The notes: a model not told the origin generated them from the sequence alone. Positions 24,227 through 39,352 are shown, counted from the first letter of the stretch. The stretch: 64,000 nt of DNA from Macrostomum lignano (GCA_002269645.1 NIVC01000029.1:682001-746000), one strand, 5' to 3'. A program made the numbers and translations.

Positions 24227-25752
24227 TCTATAGGACTCTCTCACAAGCAAATAGTGGCTTAGTGGATATGTTGATTGCCTTGTGATTGCATGTAGCAAGG
24301 TTTGAATCCCAAGTGGTCAGAGTTTTTTTTAATTTATTTTTTTAGCAAACAGAAATCTTTTGTCTTGAACTTATCAAGTTGTTTAATTTAAATAAAATAA
24401 TAGGCCTAAATTAAATTAATTTGAATTATTTTTTTAATAAGAATAACACTAAATCTTAAAGTGCAGCCAATATGTATAAAAAATTTCTTTTTCAGTAGCT
24501 ACATATATAATTATGGCTGCACTTTAAGATTTTGTATTAAATTTCAAATTAAAAACTCCAACTTTTTAATCGATCTTTTCATCCGATCAATGATTATATG
24601 CATGGCAGCCATGCCTATAAGCTCCAATATTAGACACACAGCCACTTACCATGTCTCTAAGTGTGAGCCCATTCAATATTGACATCATGGCCACTTACTA
24701 TATCTCTAGGTGTAAACCATTTTAGGCATATTGGTTTACCTTCTAGATTCTAAACTTCTGTTTAGAAAGTATCATTTTGGTGACAAGTAATAGACCCTTA
24801 GATAATAGCCATAGTGTTTAATTTTGTATATTTATTATTAAGAGAGTCCATTAATAGAGTGGTCTTTTATATATTATATTTATATGATTTTCAAATTTGG
24901 TGAATATTTTTCCATGCTTTTCCCAATGGGAATTTTGAGATAAATCTCTATATTTATTTGGCTATATATTCTAAGGCAAATTCAGAATAATCTGCAAAAA
25001 ATAAAAATTGGTATTTTTTTCTAAATGTACCCATATTATTATCTTTATTATTATTATTATTACATATTATCTTTCAATGGAATTTTGGAATATAAAAAAT
25101 AAATCTTAACAAAAATAACAAACTAATATTATCAAGTTCTCTAATCCCTAATCTTAAATCTCTTAATCCCTTTGTTTAAACTTTATTGATTCACCTTCTA
25201 TCACTAAAATGACTAACTCAGTAAATATATTATTTTTTAAAAGTGAAGCATGTCTATCACAGAAGCAGCTTGTCACTGAAATGACTATTTGTCACTGATA
25301 CATCTATCACTGAAATGACTATTTGTCACTGATACATCTATTACTGAAATGACTTGTCATTAAAGTGACCTGCACCTAGTATGAATAGTATCTATACTGA
25401 GACTATGATATATGATATACTGATATGGTTAAAGATAAATGAATGTGTCCAATTTCTAAGTGAGGGGAACTCTTAAGTCCTTGTAATTTAGGACTCAAGC
25501 AACAGAGATTTTCAATGTCATGTTTACATTGTGGTTAGATGGTGGGGGGTCATTCCACAATAGGGTCCCATCATGTTTTTGAACTTTAAGCACTTGTAAC
25601 TTTTGAATCATAATAGATGGAACAAAGCTGCAAAAAACAATGTGTCAAACTTTTATTTCTATATTTTTTCATATAGCTGCTTATGAATTCTAAAATGACT
25701 AAACATAAAGAACAGCATAAACTATGCTAAATGTTTATTTTTTTATCACCAA

Positions 25753-25920
25753 ACATGCTTGGGTGCAACCTTGGGATTTACTTGGCCATTTCTATTGTCA
25801 ACACACACATGTAAGTCATTATTGGATAGAATAGTAGTCATGTGACTGCTCTCAGCCAATAGCAACTTACATGTATATGTTGCCAATAGACATGGCGAGG
25901 TGATTACCAAGGTTGTGCAT
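25753..25920. mobile_element. ~170-bp palindromic MITE-like element, copy 2
   Basis: Colinear with 3528-3697; central CACGTG is CATGTG here. Confidence 0.75.
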
Positions 25921-27886
25921 ATATGTTACCAAACAACTATTAGGAGAAGGCGGCTAAAGTTAAGAAGATAAATGTTTTCACTTTTAATAAAAGTGAGCTC
26001 TTAACTCCCTAGGGTCAGGGATGCAAATAATATTTGATACCATATGAACATTGTAGTTGGCATAGTAGGGCCTTAGATTAAGATCTAGGTTTTTTGTCAA
26101 AATTGTTATGCCATTTTCGATTTTGATATGAAATGTATGTATATAAAATATATAAATGTATATAAAATGTAAAATAGCACTTTATGAGCCCATATTAGTG
26201 TTTATTTTTAGATTCAGATAGGAATAATAATAGCTTGCCAGTTTGGCAAATTTAAAAGCAAAACTGAAATTTGGAATTGAGGATTCAGCATAGGCAATTT
26301 GGCAATGGCATAATAGCAAAAATTGTTATGCCATTTTGGCATAACAGCATCAAAATCATGTGCCATTTTTAATTTCAACGTGTCATGGCATGTCTATAAC
26401 AAAAAACCCAGGTTAAGATGAATGAAGCAAAATGGGAAAGCTACCCAGCATTTGCCATTATCAAAGAAGGCAAAATTGCAAATGAGGCTTTTTAGAAACC
26501 AACTGACAGGTAGCATTTCCAATGCTATGTAGAAGCATAGAAATTCCAAAACTACTATGTAGTGCATAATTTTTTGCCATTCTCATTGTTGCAATATATT
26601 TGCTGTATAGAAATCAATTTGTGCATAGCTGTATAGAGGCCAGATAAAGTTTTTGATTATATGCTAAAATTGATATCTCTAATTTGCTAGTTAATGGTTT
26701 AACTTTCAATACTCACAAAAAATATTAGTAAATAATTGAGCATTTTTACTTAATAATACGTTTTTTAGTCTTACCTTAGTTTATATTTTAATGCCTTTCT
26801 AGAACCTTTTTTGGGGTATAGGGTTGCCAAAGGACAAGTGTGTGATAGTTTTCCTTTTTCTACATAGAAATGTTTTTGAGCTCAGTGAAAATGCTACTGA
26901 CAAATAAAGCATTGCTTCAAAGGAGATCTCAGCAATAATTGGAGATTTTAATATTTTAGTTACTTAAACATTAGCAGAGGAAATTTGTGAGGAAAAAGGA
27001 AAAAAAGGAAAAAGGCAAGATAAGGGAAAAAGAAGAGAAAGGAAAGGGGAGGAAATAAAGGAGATTGGAAAGAAAAGAGGGCAAAGAAAAGAAAGGAGAG
27101 GAGAGGGAAACAGGAAAAGAAGAGAATACAGAATAGTTAGAAGGGTAATCAAGTTGATATACATTGAGTGCCACAGATGCATTCTGCAGAACACTATTTA
27201 TGATTAGCTATAGATATAAATATGGGATAAGAAAATTTTAAAATATGGCTGCAAGTGTAGATACAGGAAAAAAGTTGGTTATGACAAAATTCTAATTTGG
27301 ACTATCTTAAAAAAATACTTGAATACATTGCAACCCTATATTTAAACTGGTAGAAAGCCTACCATATCCTCTTTTTTAGGACCTAGTTTTGTAAAGTTTG
27401 AGTTGGCAAACCAAACTTTTCATTATTGCATGTCTTGATACTTAATTTTAAACAATCAATAAAAATCAAATTTGTCAATTATATTTTACCATGTCCAAAT
27501 AAATTTGGCTAGGATAAATGAATTTGGGTATTAAGAGTTTTTTGCATCTTTTTTCTTTAAGCTTTAAGCAAATATAGCCTAAATATTTTATAGTAGTTTC
27601 ATTTCTTTTTGAACATGAAACAACCTTTTGGCTAACTATATAGATATACATAACCTTTTGGATGGATTGTGGAATAATGCTGTTAAGAGTTAAATGTCCC
27701 TATAAGGGACATCTCAATTTTAGTCTCAAATTTTGAGTTTCAAATCTCAAATAAATTATAAGTAAGTGTATTTTTTATTGTATTTTTTATACATTCAGTT
27801 TAGGTATTATAAAATTAATATTAGTGTTGATTGTTTTATAGTTATTAAACTATTGCAACATTTTTGTTCATGGTGTTTAACACAAA

Positions 27887-29544
27887 ATGATGGCAAAAAT
27901 TAGTAGGGCTAATCATTTTTGGAGTTGGACTATGCTGCTTTTTAGCTGCATATTGTGTACAAGGGCAAGTTCAATATGCTCTAAATTCTCTCTTGTTATT
28001 CACAAAGGTCATTGTGCCAATTTGAGCTCTACATTGCCTTATTTTGTCAATTTCTGCTCTGCTCACAATGGAACTATGGATGAGAGGTGCTGTTTAAATG
28101 CTGACTCTCTTTTAGGGTAAGTAGTTTTTCTATCTTGTAGCTCAGAAGTTTTGTTTAGTTTTCCAAATTGGTCATAATATTTTTCATGGAATTTTTAATG
28201 TTAATTATTTATAAAAGTTGTTAATTCAATTTGTCATTGACTATTTGAGAGTGAATTTATTAGAGAAGTGATTAAGGTAGTTATTAGTAATAGAACTGAT
28301 TGGGGTAGTTATTAGTAAAAATGTGATTAGGTTAATTATTTGCTATAAAGTTGATTAGGTAATTATAGGTCATGGAAGTGATTTTGGTAAATATTGTTCA
28401 TAAAAGTAATATACTAGCTATTGGTCATAAAAGTGATAATACTTTAGAAAAGTGATTAGGGTAGTTATTAGTAATCGGTGATTGGAGTAATTATTGGTCA
28501 AAAATGTGATTAGGTTAATTATTGGTCATAGAAGGGATCTGGTAATTATTGGTCATAGAAGTGATCGGGTAATTATTGGTCATAGAAGGGATCTGGTAAT
28601 TATTGGTCATAGAAGTGATTGGGTAATTATTGGTCATAGAAGCGATTGGGTAATTATTGGTCATAGAAGTGATCTGGTAATTATTGGTCATAGAAGTGAT
28701 CGGGTAATTATTGGTCATAGAAGGGATCTGGTAATTATTGGTCATAGAAGTGATCGGGTAATTATTGGTCATAGAAGGGATCTGGTAATTATTGGTCATA
28801 GAAGTGATCTGGTAATTATTGGGCATAGAGGTGATCGGGTAATTATTGGTCAGAAGGGATTGGATAATTATTGGTCATAGAAAAGAAGTATTAGTGAATT
28901 GTGAACGAATTTTATTTCTTGAAAGTTGTCTGATAATTATAAATACATAAAAGCTTTCTGATGATCACCACAGACTCGATTTGTCATCCTGCAATCTGCA
29001 CAACTTCACATCCGCTACCGTAACTGGTCAGAATTCCAATCTAACAGTCGATATTGTTCTCCTAGCATTGGCTCCTAATAATCCAAAATTGAAGCTGCCA
29101 TCTCCGGAAGCATTCATTGGCCAAATTAATTTGCAACAATTATTAATGCCAAAATTAATTGGCTGTCCAACTGGCTGGAGTGAGCAAACTACTAGCATAG
29201 CCTTTGACAATGATTTTGATGCAATTAACAATGATACTGAAGAGTTCATCAGGTGTCTACCGCCGCCAAATCCTTGCCTATCAGACGACGCATGTCCAGT
29301 TAATACTAGTTCTCAGTGTACTTTAACTGGCCCGGGTCTGTTTGCCTGTCCATGCCAATCGGGCTGGACTGGTTACAAGTGTCTGCGAAGTAGTCAGCCG
29401 TTTCCTTATCCAATATTTGGCATCGGATGGGCTGGCAGCGCCCTGGCCGCCTGTCTGATTGGTTGGCTACTGGAGCGACGCGGCATTGTTAAGGTCAACA
29501 GTGCTGGGATGGTAGCTACCGTGCAAGACGATCATAGTGATTAA
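27887..29544 (+). CDS. ATRAID: All-trans retinoic acid-induced differentiation factor; exons 27887-28116 and 28974-29544; 266 aa
   Basis: Signal peptide; RCCLNADSLLG|LDLSSCNL; EGF-like GPGLFACPCQSGWTGYKCLR; C-terminal TM. GG|GTAAGT...CACAG|A, phase 2. Confidence 0.88.
28480..28880. repeat. 27-bp minisatellite in ATRAID intron
   Basis: Unit GGTAATTATTGGTCATAGAAGTGATCT with degenerate copies upstream. Confidence 0.92.
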
Positions 29545-31488
29545 CCAAGGACTACTCAAATACAAGGACGGGAAACCGGACGGGAAATTAACATAGAGTC
29601 CTAATTTTATGAACGAAAAGCCTTAGGAAAATCAATAGAGCTAAAGGAAAGGCAAAACGTATCAAAAGATAAACACTGTATCTGCCTCCTGTCGGAAGCA
29701 ATAACAATATTTGTGCTTAAAAATAAAAGCCTCTTAAAATGTTCGAAAGAAACGAGATTTCCCGACCTACATAAGTAGTCCTCCAGTATATGAAAATCAT
29801 TTTAAGTCATTTATTAAAATCAATATTATCCTGGTCGATTTGTTCCAATTTTTAATTCGCGTCCTTTATTGATTGCTTGCAACCTGTACTTTTAAATGCA
29901 AACTTTTCATTGCTTGTACAAGTAAATGAATCTTTTAAACAAAGATTGAGATTGTACACAGTGCGTTGAATTTTATTTATTTTTTTGCGATTGTACTTGT
30001 ATGTTGGGTGAGTGAAAGTATTACATATGTATAAATGAATGCGTTAAAATATATCAACAAATACCTGCTTATATTGATCAGTGTATTTTCTTGTTAATTA
30101 TTTTTTTTAAATGAGCATAGCTAAATTTCTAGGTCATTGTATAGAGCTGAGATAAGAATGCGCTCGTGGGTGACAGTTTGAGCGAATTGAGATTGAATCG
30201 TTCTTTCGGGGGAGGTAATAGATAGGGGAAGGAAGGTGAGAGGAGGGAAGGTGAGGGAGGTTGATGTTGACAAGGGAGGGAAAGTGAGACTGAGAGAGGG
30301 AAGAAGAGAGAAGACGGAATGCCGAGGAATGTAGTTGGTAAAAAAACGAGGCAAAAAAATAGATAGCTTAAAATGTTCCAAAGCCACGTAGCTCGTAGAG
30401 AGTGCCAAAGCAAGGCTATGTGTGGAAATGGTAGAAAAATATCGAAGTCGAAGTCGAGCAAAGTCAGAATGGGTCAAAGTTCAATTAGATTTAATATTTC
30501 CAGTAGGTGAGGGCGTTAAAAGCCTGAAGTCTGAACTGTGTGCGATTAATATTCAAGCATAGCTATGGAGGTATAAAGGTCTGACGGTGAAAGTGTTGGA
30601 CAGTGCTGGACACTTGTCAAAGTTCAGTTAGAGAAAATCATATTGCTCACGCATTTGCCGCTAGACTCCTCTAGGAGTATTTAATCTATCCTTATCTGAA
30701 AAGTCCTTTTAAAGAAGCTAATAGATCATTATTTTTCTTTTTTTATTTCTCTTATCGAAGTCAAATATTAACAAACATGTAAAAGTTGAAGATCACGTGG
30801 CAATCTATTTATCTGGCAAACCTTACAATGAGTCAGCGGTTTGATTCAGACGCGCGCATACATACACACAGAGAGAGAGAGAAAGGTAAAGAAATGAATT
30901 GACAGATTTAGAAATAGTGACTGTGCTTTAGTGTTAGTAGCTCGCTCTGTCTGTGTGTGTATTGGGCCAACCAGTACTAACCGGGTTACAATTTTAGAAG
31001 CCGTATACTCTTACGTACGAGCTACAGTGAGTTGCTGCATTGGCACTGTGTCATGGAGATCTAGAACCATAGAATCTGGAATTGGAATTCCAACTCTTGG
31101 TCTACCTTCCTACTCGTATGCTATGTACGAGTATTAAGGAATGATGAGGCCCACAAGCCATATGCGGCCCGAAAAGCCCCTCTATCCGGCCCTCGGGTCC
31201 TTGGAAACTTCACGAAATAGCAATCCAGCCCGCTAAAAGTTTCTCTTGTCAGCTCTCTTCTCTCATCTCTCATCTTCCATTTTTTCTCCTTTCCACTCTC
31301 ATCTGACCTGCAGCCATGAGCTGGATTCTGGATCTGGGGTAATTTTTTGCCAATCCCTGTTTGAAGGGAATAACAAACAATCAACCAAAATAGCAAAACT
31401 CAGCTCTACTTATAATAATTTCAATAAATGCGCCGTCGTCAACCTCACTTGAATCTTTACAAACGACATCCTTGGCTCTGGCTGAGCG

Positions 31489-31512
31489 CACGTCACAGCA
31501 TGGCCCCGCCCC
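31489..31512 (+). promoter_or_regulatory. Candidate CERT1 promoter motifs (CRE-like site and GC box)
   Basis: CACGTCAC at 31489 and GGCCCCGCCCC at 31502, ~390 bp upstream of the ATG. Confidence 0.4.
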
Positions 31513-31892
31513 CTGTCTACCCCCCCCCCATTTCTCTCTCCTCTCTCCAACCGTTTCTGCAATTTGTTAGCTCTGTACGGTTTTACTGTAATCGCTGTGT
31601 ACATCATGCAGAGACTTAACTACGCATAGTCTACCTGGTACGGCTTGCTTGCATTTAAAGAAATAAGCCTTAGCTATTGACAAACAACTGTTGGCAGTGG
31701 CAGTAATTGCTAAGATATTCTATTTTCTTCCAGTGTTTACTTTATTGACCACCTGAAGAGGTAGGCAGAGAAAGAAAAAAAGAAGAAGAAAAAACCCGAC
31801 GCGTCTGGCAAATGCTGCACGAAAAGATCGGCCAGATCTGCAACTCTGTTTAATTGAAGTGTTTTTCCGATTTTCTTTTCTGAATCTTTCCC

Positions 31893-34800
31893 ATGGCGAC
31901 AGCGTCTTTACACTCGCACCAGACTGGCGGCGGAGATCACGATCCCAATGAATTATTAGATAATGAAGATTTAGACTCGGATCTGTCTAGCGACGGAGAA
32001 CGTTTGCCAGTTGTGCAGGGCACGCTGAGCAAGTGGACAAACTACATCACCGGATGGCAGAGTCGATTCTTTGTACTAAAAGACGGCACTTTAAGTTATT
32101 TTAAAAGTCCGGAAGAGTCCGCTTTCGGCTGTCGGGGCGCTATTTCTCTTAGCAGAGCGTTGGTCACTCCGCACACTTTAGACGAGAATAGATTCGACGT
32201 TTGCGTTGGCGAGCATATTTGGTATCTGCGCTGTGACAGTCGCGACTTGCGCACCACTTGGATACGCGCTTTAGAAAGTCATCGCACCTGTCAGGAGTCC
32301 GGCATCGGCTCCGAGTCCAGTTTAAAACGGCACAATAGCTTGTTGAGCCTAACATCCGGCACGCAGAGCATAGCTAGCCAAGGTAGTTTCCGTCGAGGCC
32401 ACGGTGTTAAAGAGAAACTTGCCGAAATTGACACGTTTAGAGAGATGCTAATTAGACAGGTGGATACTTTGCAAGGCTACTTTGATTTATGCAGCCAATT
32501 AGCCGCCTCATCTCCGGCTGCCGCGGTAAAAGCCGGTTCTATCGACATCGAAGACGATGTGGTAGTTAATGGCGCCGCTCGTGGCGACTCTTCGGGGCTT
32601 AAGACTGCCGAGGACGAAGTTAGCAACAATGCTGACGATGGCGACGATGAGGAGGACGAATACGAGGATCCTGCTGCCACTACGATCACCGCTGCCACTA
32701 TGACAGCATCGCAGTCAGCTGGCAGCGGCGGTGGTACTTCGCTATTCTCGTTTTTCAGTCGTCGAAGTGCCGCTCCCAGTGCCTCACCCGCTGCCACTGC
32801 CGCCGCCGCCACGGCGCCACCTCCAGCTAAATCCTTGGTGGATTACGATAGCTACATGAGGCTTTTGCGACAGCACGGCGGGCACGCTGTGGATTTCAAA
32901 GGCGAAGCAAACACTTTTCGAGTGAGAATGCTGAGAAATTCAAAATGTTTTTGCAGCCCAAGCTCCTTCCCTACCTCCCTACCCCCTGTGAGCCTGCCCT
33001 TCTCCCTCCCTCCCTACCCTCTGTGTCCCAGCCCTTTTCCTCCTTCCGTATCCTCTGTGTCCCAGCCCTTCTCCCTCCTTCCGTATCCCTTGTGTCCCAG
33101 CCCTTATTCCTCCTTCCGTATCCTCTGTGTCCCAGCCCTTCTCCTTCCCTCCCTACCCCTGTGTCCCAGTGTCCAAGCCCTTCTCCCTCCCTCCGTACCC
33201 CCTGTGTCCCAGCCCTTCTTCCTCCCCCCCTACCCCCTGTGTCCCAGCCTCCCTCCCTACCCCCTGTGTCCCAGCCCTTCTTCCTCCCTCCCTACCACCT
33301 GTGTCCCAGCCCTCTCTCCCTACTCTTCAGCCTCTCCTCTACCCCCGTCACGCGCTGCAATTTCAGGCAACCACAGCCGGCATAATTCATCAAATGTCCA
33401 GCTGCCTGGAGCTGATGACCCAACGCGAAGAGCAATGGAAGAAACGCCTTGATCGCGAAATGGAACGCCGCCGCAAAGTGGAAGATGTAGTTCGACAGCT
33501 TAGACAGAAGCTCGAACTAGCAGAGAAACGTGGTGGCGATCCCATGGGCCCAGATTTTGAAGAGGGCCCCTGCTGTCAACTTGATGAAGAAGAGTTTTTC
33601 GACGCAATCGACGCCCAATTAGACAAGATGGACATGGATGCCAGCAATATGAGCCGATTAAGACAGGCCCGACTGCCCAATCACAGCTTAGATCCAAACC
33701 ATCCGCTCACTGATGAAATTATGCGCGTCTGCCAATCGCACTGGGATAATTGGGGCGCCTCGTGCGCCGGGATGGAACTATTAGAAAAAGATGGAAAATT
33801 GGCTGTGTATAGAAAGCAACTGGAAGAAGAGGGTGAGTGAAATTTAGTTACTGAGGGGGGGTTAATAATTTACTGATCTAGACCATTCTGACTGTTATTT
33901 ACTGATTTCTCTACTAACAGTAGCTTAATGGTGCGTATATTATAAAATTGTACGATTCTCGCAAATTACAACTGCAACCTACCTACAAACTATAAGCTAC
34001 AAACTGCCTGTAAACTATAAGCTACAAACTGCCTATAAACTATAAAGTACAAACTGCCTATAAACTATAAGCTACAAACTGCCTATAAACTATAAGCTAC
34101 AAACTGCCTATAAACTATAAGCTACAAACTGCCTATAAACTATAAGCTACAAACTGCCTATAAACTATAAGCTACAAACTGCCTATAAACTATAAGCTAC
34201 AAACTGCCTATAAACTATAAGCTACAAACTGCCTATAAACTATAAGCTACAAACTGCCTACAAACTATAAAGTACAAACTGCCTATAAACTATAAGCTAC
34301 AAACTGCCTATAAACTATAAGCTACAAACTGCCTATAAACTATAAGCTACAAACTGCCTACAAACTATAAAGTACAAACTGCCTATAAACTATAAGCTAC
34401 AAACTGCCTATAAACTATAAGCTACAAACTGCCTACAAACTATAAAGTACAAACTGCCTATAAACTATAAGCTACAAACTGCCTATAAACTATAAGCTAC
34501 AAACTGCCTATAAACTATAAGCTACAAACTGCCTATAAACTATAAGCTACAAACTGCCTATAAACTATAAGCTACAAACTGCCTACAAACTATAAGCTAC
34601 AAACTGCCTACAAACTATAAGCTACAAACTGCCTATAAACTATAAGCTACAAACTGCCTACAAACTATAAGCTACAAACTATAAGCTACAAACTATAAGC
34701 TACAAACTATAAGCTACAAACTGTCCACAAACTATAAGCTACAAACTATAAGCTACAAACTGTCCACAAACTATAAGCTACAAACTGTCCACAAACTATA

Positions 34801-36013
34801 AGCTACAAACTGTCCACAAACTATAAGCTACAAACTGTCCACAAACTATAAGCTACAAACTGTCCACAAACTATAAACTACAAACCGCCTACAAACTGCG
34901 TATAAACTGCAAGCTACCAAACTACAAAAAAACCTTTCCCTAATTAAATTTACAGCCAGTGGTATGTTAGTCAACAATTTTATTAAGTGATGTAAATCAT
35001 GATGTGAATTAATCAGCGCATTAATTGTTTTCATAATGAAGCTTCTATTGTAAAGAGTAATTGCTCACTGTGTGAGTACCAGTAGTTTTTTTCGCTTGCT
35101 GTTAATGCGTTTTAACACATTTCAGATTCTATACTTTGACTACGTTTGTTTAAATGGACCGCTAAAAATTCGCTTATTTAAACCGAGACAGCAGTCTGGA
35201 TTTTCAATTTCTTGCAATAAAAGTGAATTCACGCCACTAAAAAGGTCACGTGTACTTTTAGAGAACACGTGCAAAATATTTACTTTAGAAAGTGCGTGTG
35301 CACTTCAAAAAGTACGGGTGTACTTCGAAAGTACGCATTTACTCTAAAAGTACCAGTAAATGTACTTTAATTATGTACACAATGTTTTAGCAGCTTCCGC
35401 CAAAGTACGCCTCTTTAATGTGCATCTGTACTTTTGTATCTAAAAAAATATTCCTTCTTTCCCTTTCATTTCCACAGGCATGATTATCGATCCAATATTG
35501 GCTACGTACACTGTATCGGGCGTGTCAGCCAGAGAAGTGGCCGAATACTTCTGGGATTTGCACTACCGCCTTGACTGGGAGCACACTCTCGACTCCGCCC
35601 CAGTCGTAGTCGATACGTTGGCTGCGGACACTGTCCTGCTGCATCAAATCTATCGCCGGGTCTGGCCGACAGCTCAACGCGATGCGGTCTTTTGGTCGCA
35701 CATTCGACACGACGAACGGCGCACAATGGTAGTGAATTATAGCACCGATTATAAGGCTCCGCCACTCATTAATAGTCGCCAGCGTATGCGATTGAATGTC
35801 AGCATGATCTGCGAGACTGAGCTGCCACCCGAGCTGCCGGCGGACCGTCGGCATATTCGCTGCCGAATTCAGTACGTGGCCAACATTAATCCAGGCGGCT
35901 GGGCTCCCGCCACCGTCCTCAGGCAGGTGGCGAAACGGGAATATCCGAAATTTCTGCGCCGTTTCACCGCCTATTGCATCGACAAGGTTAAGAATAGGCC
36001 TGTGCAGCTGTGA
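31893..36013 (+). CDS. CERT1: Ceramide transfer protein (PH-FFAT-START); exons 31893-32921, 33367-33832, 35478-36013; 676 aa
   Basis: PH domain (LSKWTNYITGWQSRFFVL), serine-repeat motif, VDFKGEANTFR|ATTAG, FFAT EEEFFDAID, START ending NPGGWAPATVLRQVAKREYPKFLRRF; consistent GT-AG phases 0 and 1. Confidence 0.95.
32960..33330. repeat. Degenerate pyrimidine-rich tandem repeat in CERT1 intron 1
   Basis: Recurrent CCCTGTGTCCCAGCCCTT core with ~30-35-bp period. Confidence 0.8.
33980..34910. repeat. 25-bp minisatellite in CERT1 intron 2
   Basis: Unit AAACTATAAGCTACAAACTGCCTAT; GTCCAC and shortened variants at the right end. Confidence 0.95.
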
Positions 36014-37044
36014 TTTTTATTTGCGTGTTAATTTATTGTTGTCTCAGTAAACTGTCAATTGACACGCGTGTGTTTTAACTGATACATTGTTTCTTTATTA
36101 GTCAACTAAATATTTCAATATTGCTTACTCGTTATTGATCTGCCGGAAGTTATATATTTCTTATAGTTCTTGGTGTACTTAGAAGTGCAAATTTGCTATA
36201 AAAGTACTTTAGTAATTTAAGTACACGTGTACTTTGAAACAACCTTTACTAAGAAATATTTAAGTTCTTGAAGAGTACGTAAGTACTTAAAGAGTACTTA
36301 AGCACTTAAAAAGTACCCAAGCACTTGCAGATTTCGTATAAAAAATTAAGAAAAGTTAAAAAAATATATTTTGCTATTCTAAAGTACATAACAATTAAAC
36401 GGAAATCGGCCTTTAAAAAACCCAGTTCTCGACGATTAAAATTAGCTGATCTTACCATTATATTTCAGATTACTAATGTCAAGCAAAGATATTTTTGTTC
36501 TCATAAATCTATATTTCTTTTCTGTTTATATTTAACTCTAATTTAAATGTTTCCACTGTAAATCAATCGCATCTTCTTGTTGTGAGAGATTAATTTATCT
36601 TCAAGTCTTTGCTTGGGGCCATTTGTGCGTCTGTTTATTTTCATTACTTGGAGATTTTCTGCTCACTCAATATAACTTCAAACTACGATTGAGATTCACA
36701 AACTGCCAGTTATATAATAATACTGCAATGTCAATTGAGATACTGTTGTCAAAATGCCTGTTTTTATATTCTATACAATTAAACCGCCAGTGCAATCACT
36801 AAGGACTCGGTTAAGCCTATTATTCGAACTTTCTTCTCTGTTTGCCACCACAATCCATGCTTTTGTTCGTAAAACTAAGGAAATCAAAAAGCAAATTTCT
36901 GCTGCAATTGTATCTATCCTTCGTGTTTCCTGTTTTTGCTCCTAAATTTACCAAAACAAAAGTTATTTGACATTTTCTACCAGAAATTTGGTTCTTGTGT
37001 TGTTGTTCTCTTTAACCTGGCTTAGTAGCCGCTATCTGTCTGTT

Positions 37045-37047
37045 GTC

Positions 37048-37081
<34 letters not shown>

Positions 37082-37084
37082 AGC

Positions 37085-37169
<85 letters not shown>

Positions 37170-37236
37170 CAGTGTCTGTCTGTCTGTCTGTCTGTCTCAG
37201 TGTCTGTATGTCTGTCTGTCTGACTGTCTGTCTTAG

Positions 37237-37269
<33 letters not shown>

Positions 37270-37276
37270 GCCTGCC

Positions 37277-37341
<65 letters not shown>

Positions 37342-37376
37342 TAGTGTCTGTCTGTCTGTCTGTCTGTCTGTCTGGC

Positions 37377-37441
<65 letters not shown>

Positions 37442-37512
37442 GACTGTTTTTCTGACTGTCTATGTGTTTGTCTGTCTGTCTTTCTTAGTGTCTGTCTGTT
37501 TGTATGTCTGTC
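37045..37512. repeat. (TCTG)n microsatellite
   Basis: About 460 bp of interrupted TCTG. Confidence 0.95.
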
Positions 37513-39352
37513 TCACCCACAATTTTCCTCAGTAAAAGCCCATCGGTTTATATTTAACTAATAGCAGTCTCTGTCTCAGCAGCGCAGTGCGCACAGTACT
37601 CATTGCACATTGCATACGCTCAGCACTCAGCATCTGTTTAGCCTGTCGATAACTTATCCGGACCCCCAGACTCAGTGAAGAGATTTAATATTGCTCTGAC
37701 CAGCGGAATAAAATCGCATGGGATGCTAATTTGCATAAAAAAATATTTATACAGGCACACACTTGCCTTGCCGATCTCTGTAATATATATCTGGCAATAT
37801 TTTTTAAATTGTCAAAAAAACAGTTTAAACTAAGCTATAACAGCAGTTGTATCCGATTTATCTATCCATTAACATCTGCTCCTGCTTGCTTTTATAAATC
37901 TCTTTTTGCCTAACCTTCTATGCTATTCGTTCCGTCTCGTTGCAGCCTACACAACTGTAAAATCCTCGAAGTCAAAGTGCACTAATAATTTTCAAATAAT
38001 TAATCTATACTTAGAACTTCTTTTTTCATTATTTTATATATGTATGTATGTGCATGTGTGCCATTTATTGTTGTCTTGTGTCTACGTGTAATGATTTCTA
38101 TAATTCGATACAAAAACTCGTAAGTTGTCGATTTTTGTTGGAGATAATTTTCTTCGGTGGTTTTTTCTTTTAATTATAAAAATCTTTAATAATAACAATA
38201 ACAATATAATTTATAATCAATAAATATAGATTTAATCTGTCCACGGAATATTTATATATAAACAAAGTAATCTTAGTTATAACAAAAATTGTATAAAAAT
38301 CGTGCGATGAAACTTATATCTCGTAATTTTTATTCAGACAGATTTGTTGTTATGCCTCTTTAATTTTCGGGTCGGATCGGCTGTTATACAGGGATTTTAT
38401 ATGGGCGTTGCCCTCGCACAGTATAGCCATTTCATTTTAACCAATGCATCTATTGATCCCGACTATGCGCACCTCTTGTAGCTCCGAGCTGTAGGTACTG
38501 AAGTACTAAGTTAATTATATAGAAACACGAGACAGTAATAATTTGTACTTTTGAATGATTTGGACTAGTAGCTTTATATATCATGCCGATTATACGTTAA
38601 AAACACGCTTACACTACTGAATTGTCAGTAGTCAAATAGAAACTAACTAAAAGCTTTCTTGTTTTGTACATGTTATACACGTATAGCAATTGAACGGCTA
38701 TGTTGCCAAATCATACTTAAGCATTCCACGAAGATACACAGCTTCATAAACCTGTGAGTGGAGTGGAGTCGGAAATCGTTGACCCGGCTTTTGTATTGTG
38801 TCTAATCGTTGTTATCTTACTTTTCTTGTTGTCTTTTTCTTTACTGTTTTCAAATTAAAGTATTTAAAAGTTGAAATATTTGACTTTAAATTTAATTTTA
38901 TCATCTGGTTTGAAAGTAAACAAGCAATTGTTTTAGTACGGGTTTTTAAGTTTCTATGAACGCTTGTTTTTGAACTAATTTGCTAAATAATCTTTCCAAG
39001 AAATATACGAGTACTGCACACTTTCTGCCTGCCTTGTACGGCTTGTAGTTACTGAGTGTGGTTTGTAGTTTGATAAGCGTTGACTAGTAATTCTATTCTG
39101 TGTACTTGAAAATAGCGACACTAGCATTTATTTGTATTTTATTTTTTAACCGTTAGAAAATTGAAAATTGTACGATTTATACGAACTTTTAAATTTAATA
39201 ATCCAAATTATCCAAGTGGTTAATACAATAATACGCGAGAAATTCGTGACGACGCAAGTCTCAAAAGACTCTCTTTGTGTTTCTAGACATCCACTTAAAA
39301 GCCAATTACGCTCGTAATACTGTTTCCTGTTTTCCGTCTCTAAAGATCTATA

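Noticed and set aside
24250-24330. tRNA gene
   Set aside because: A-box- and B-box-like words (TGGCTTAGTGG, GGTTTGAATCC) followed by a T-run, but no cloverleaf; at most a decayed tRNA-derived SINE.
36967-37561. LSVC-repeat ORFs as membrane or Cys-rich proteins
   Set aside because: Translations of (TCTG)n.
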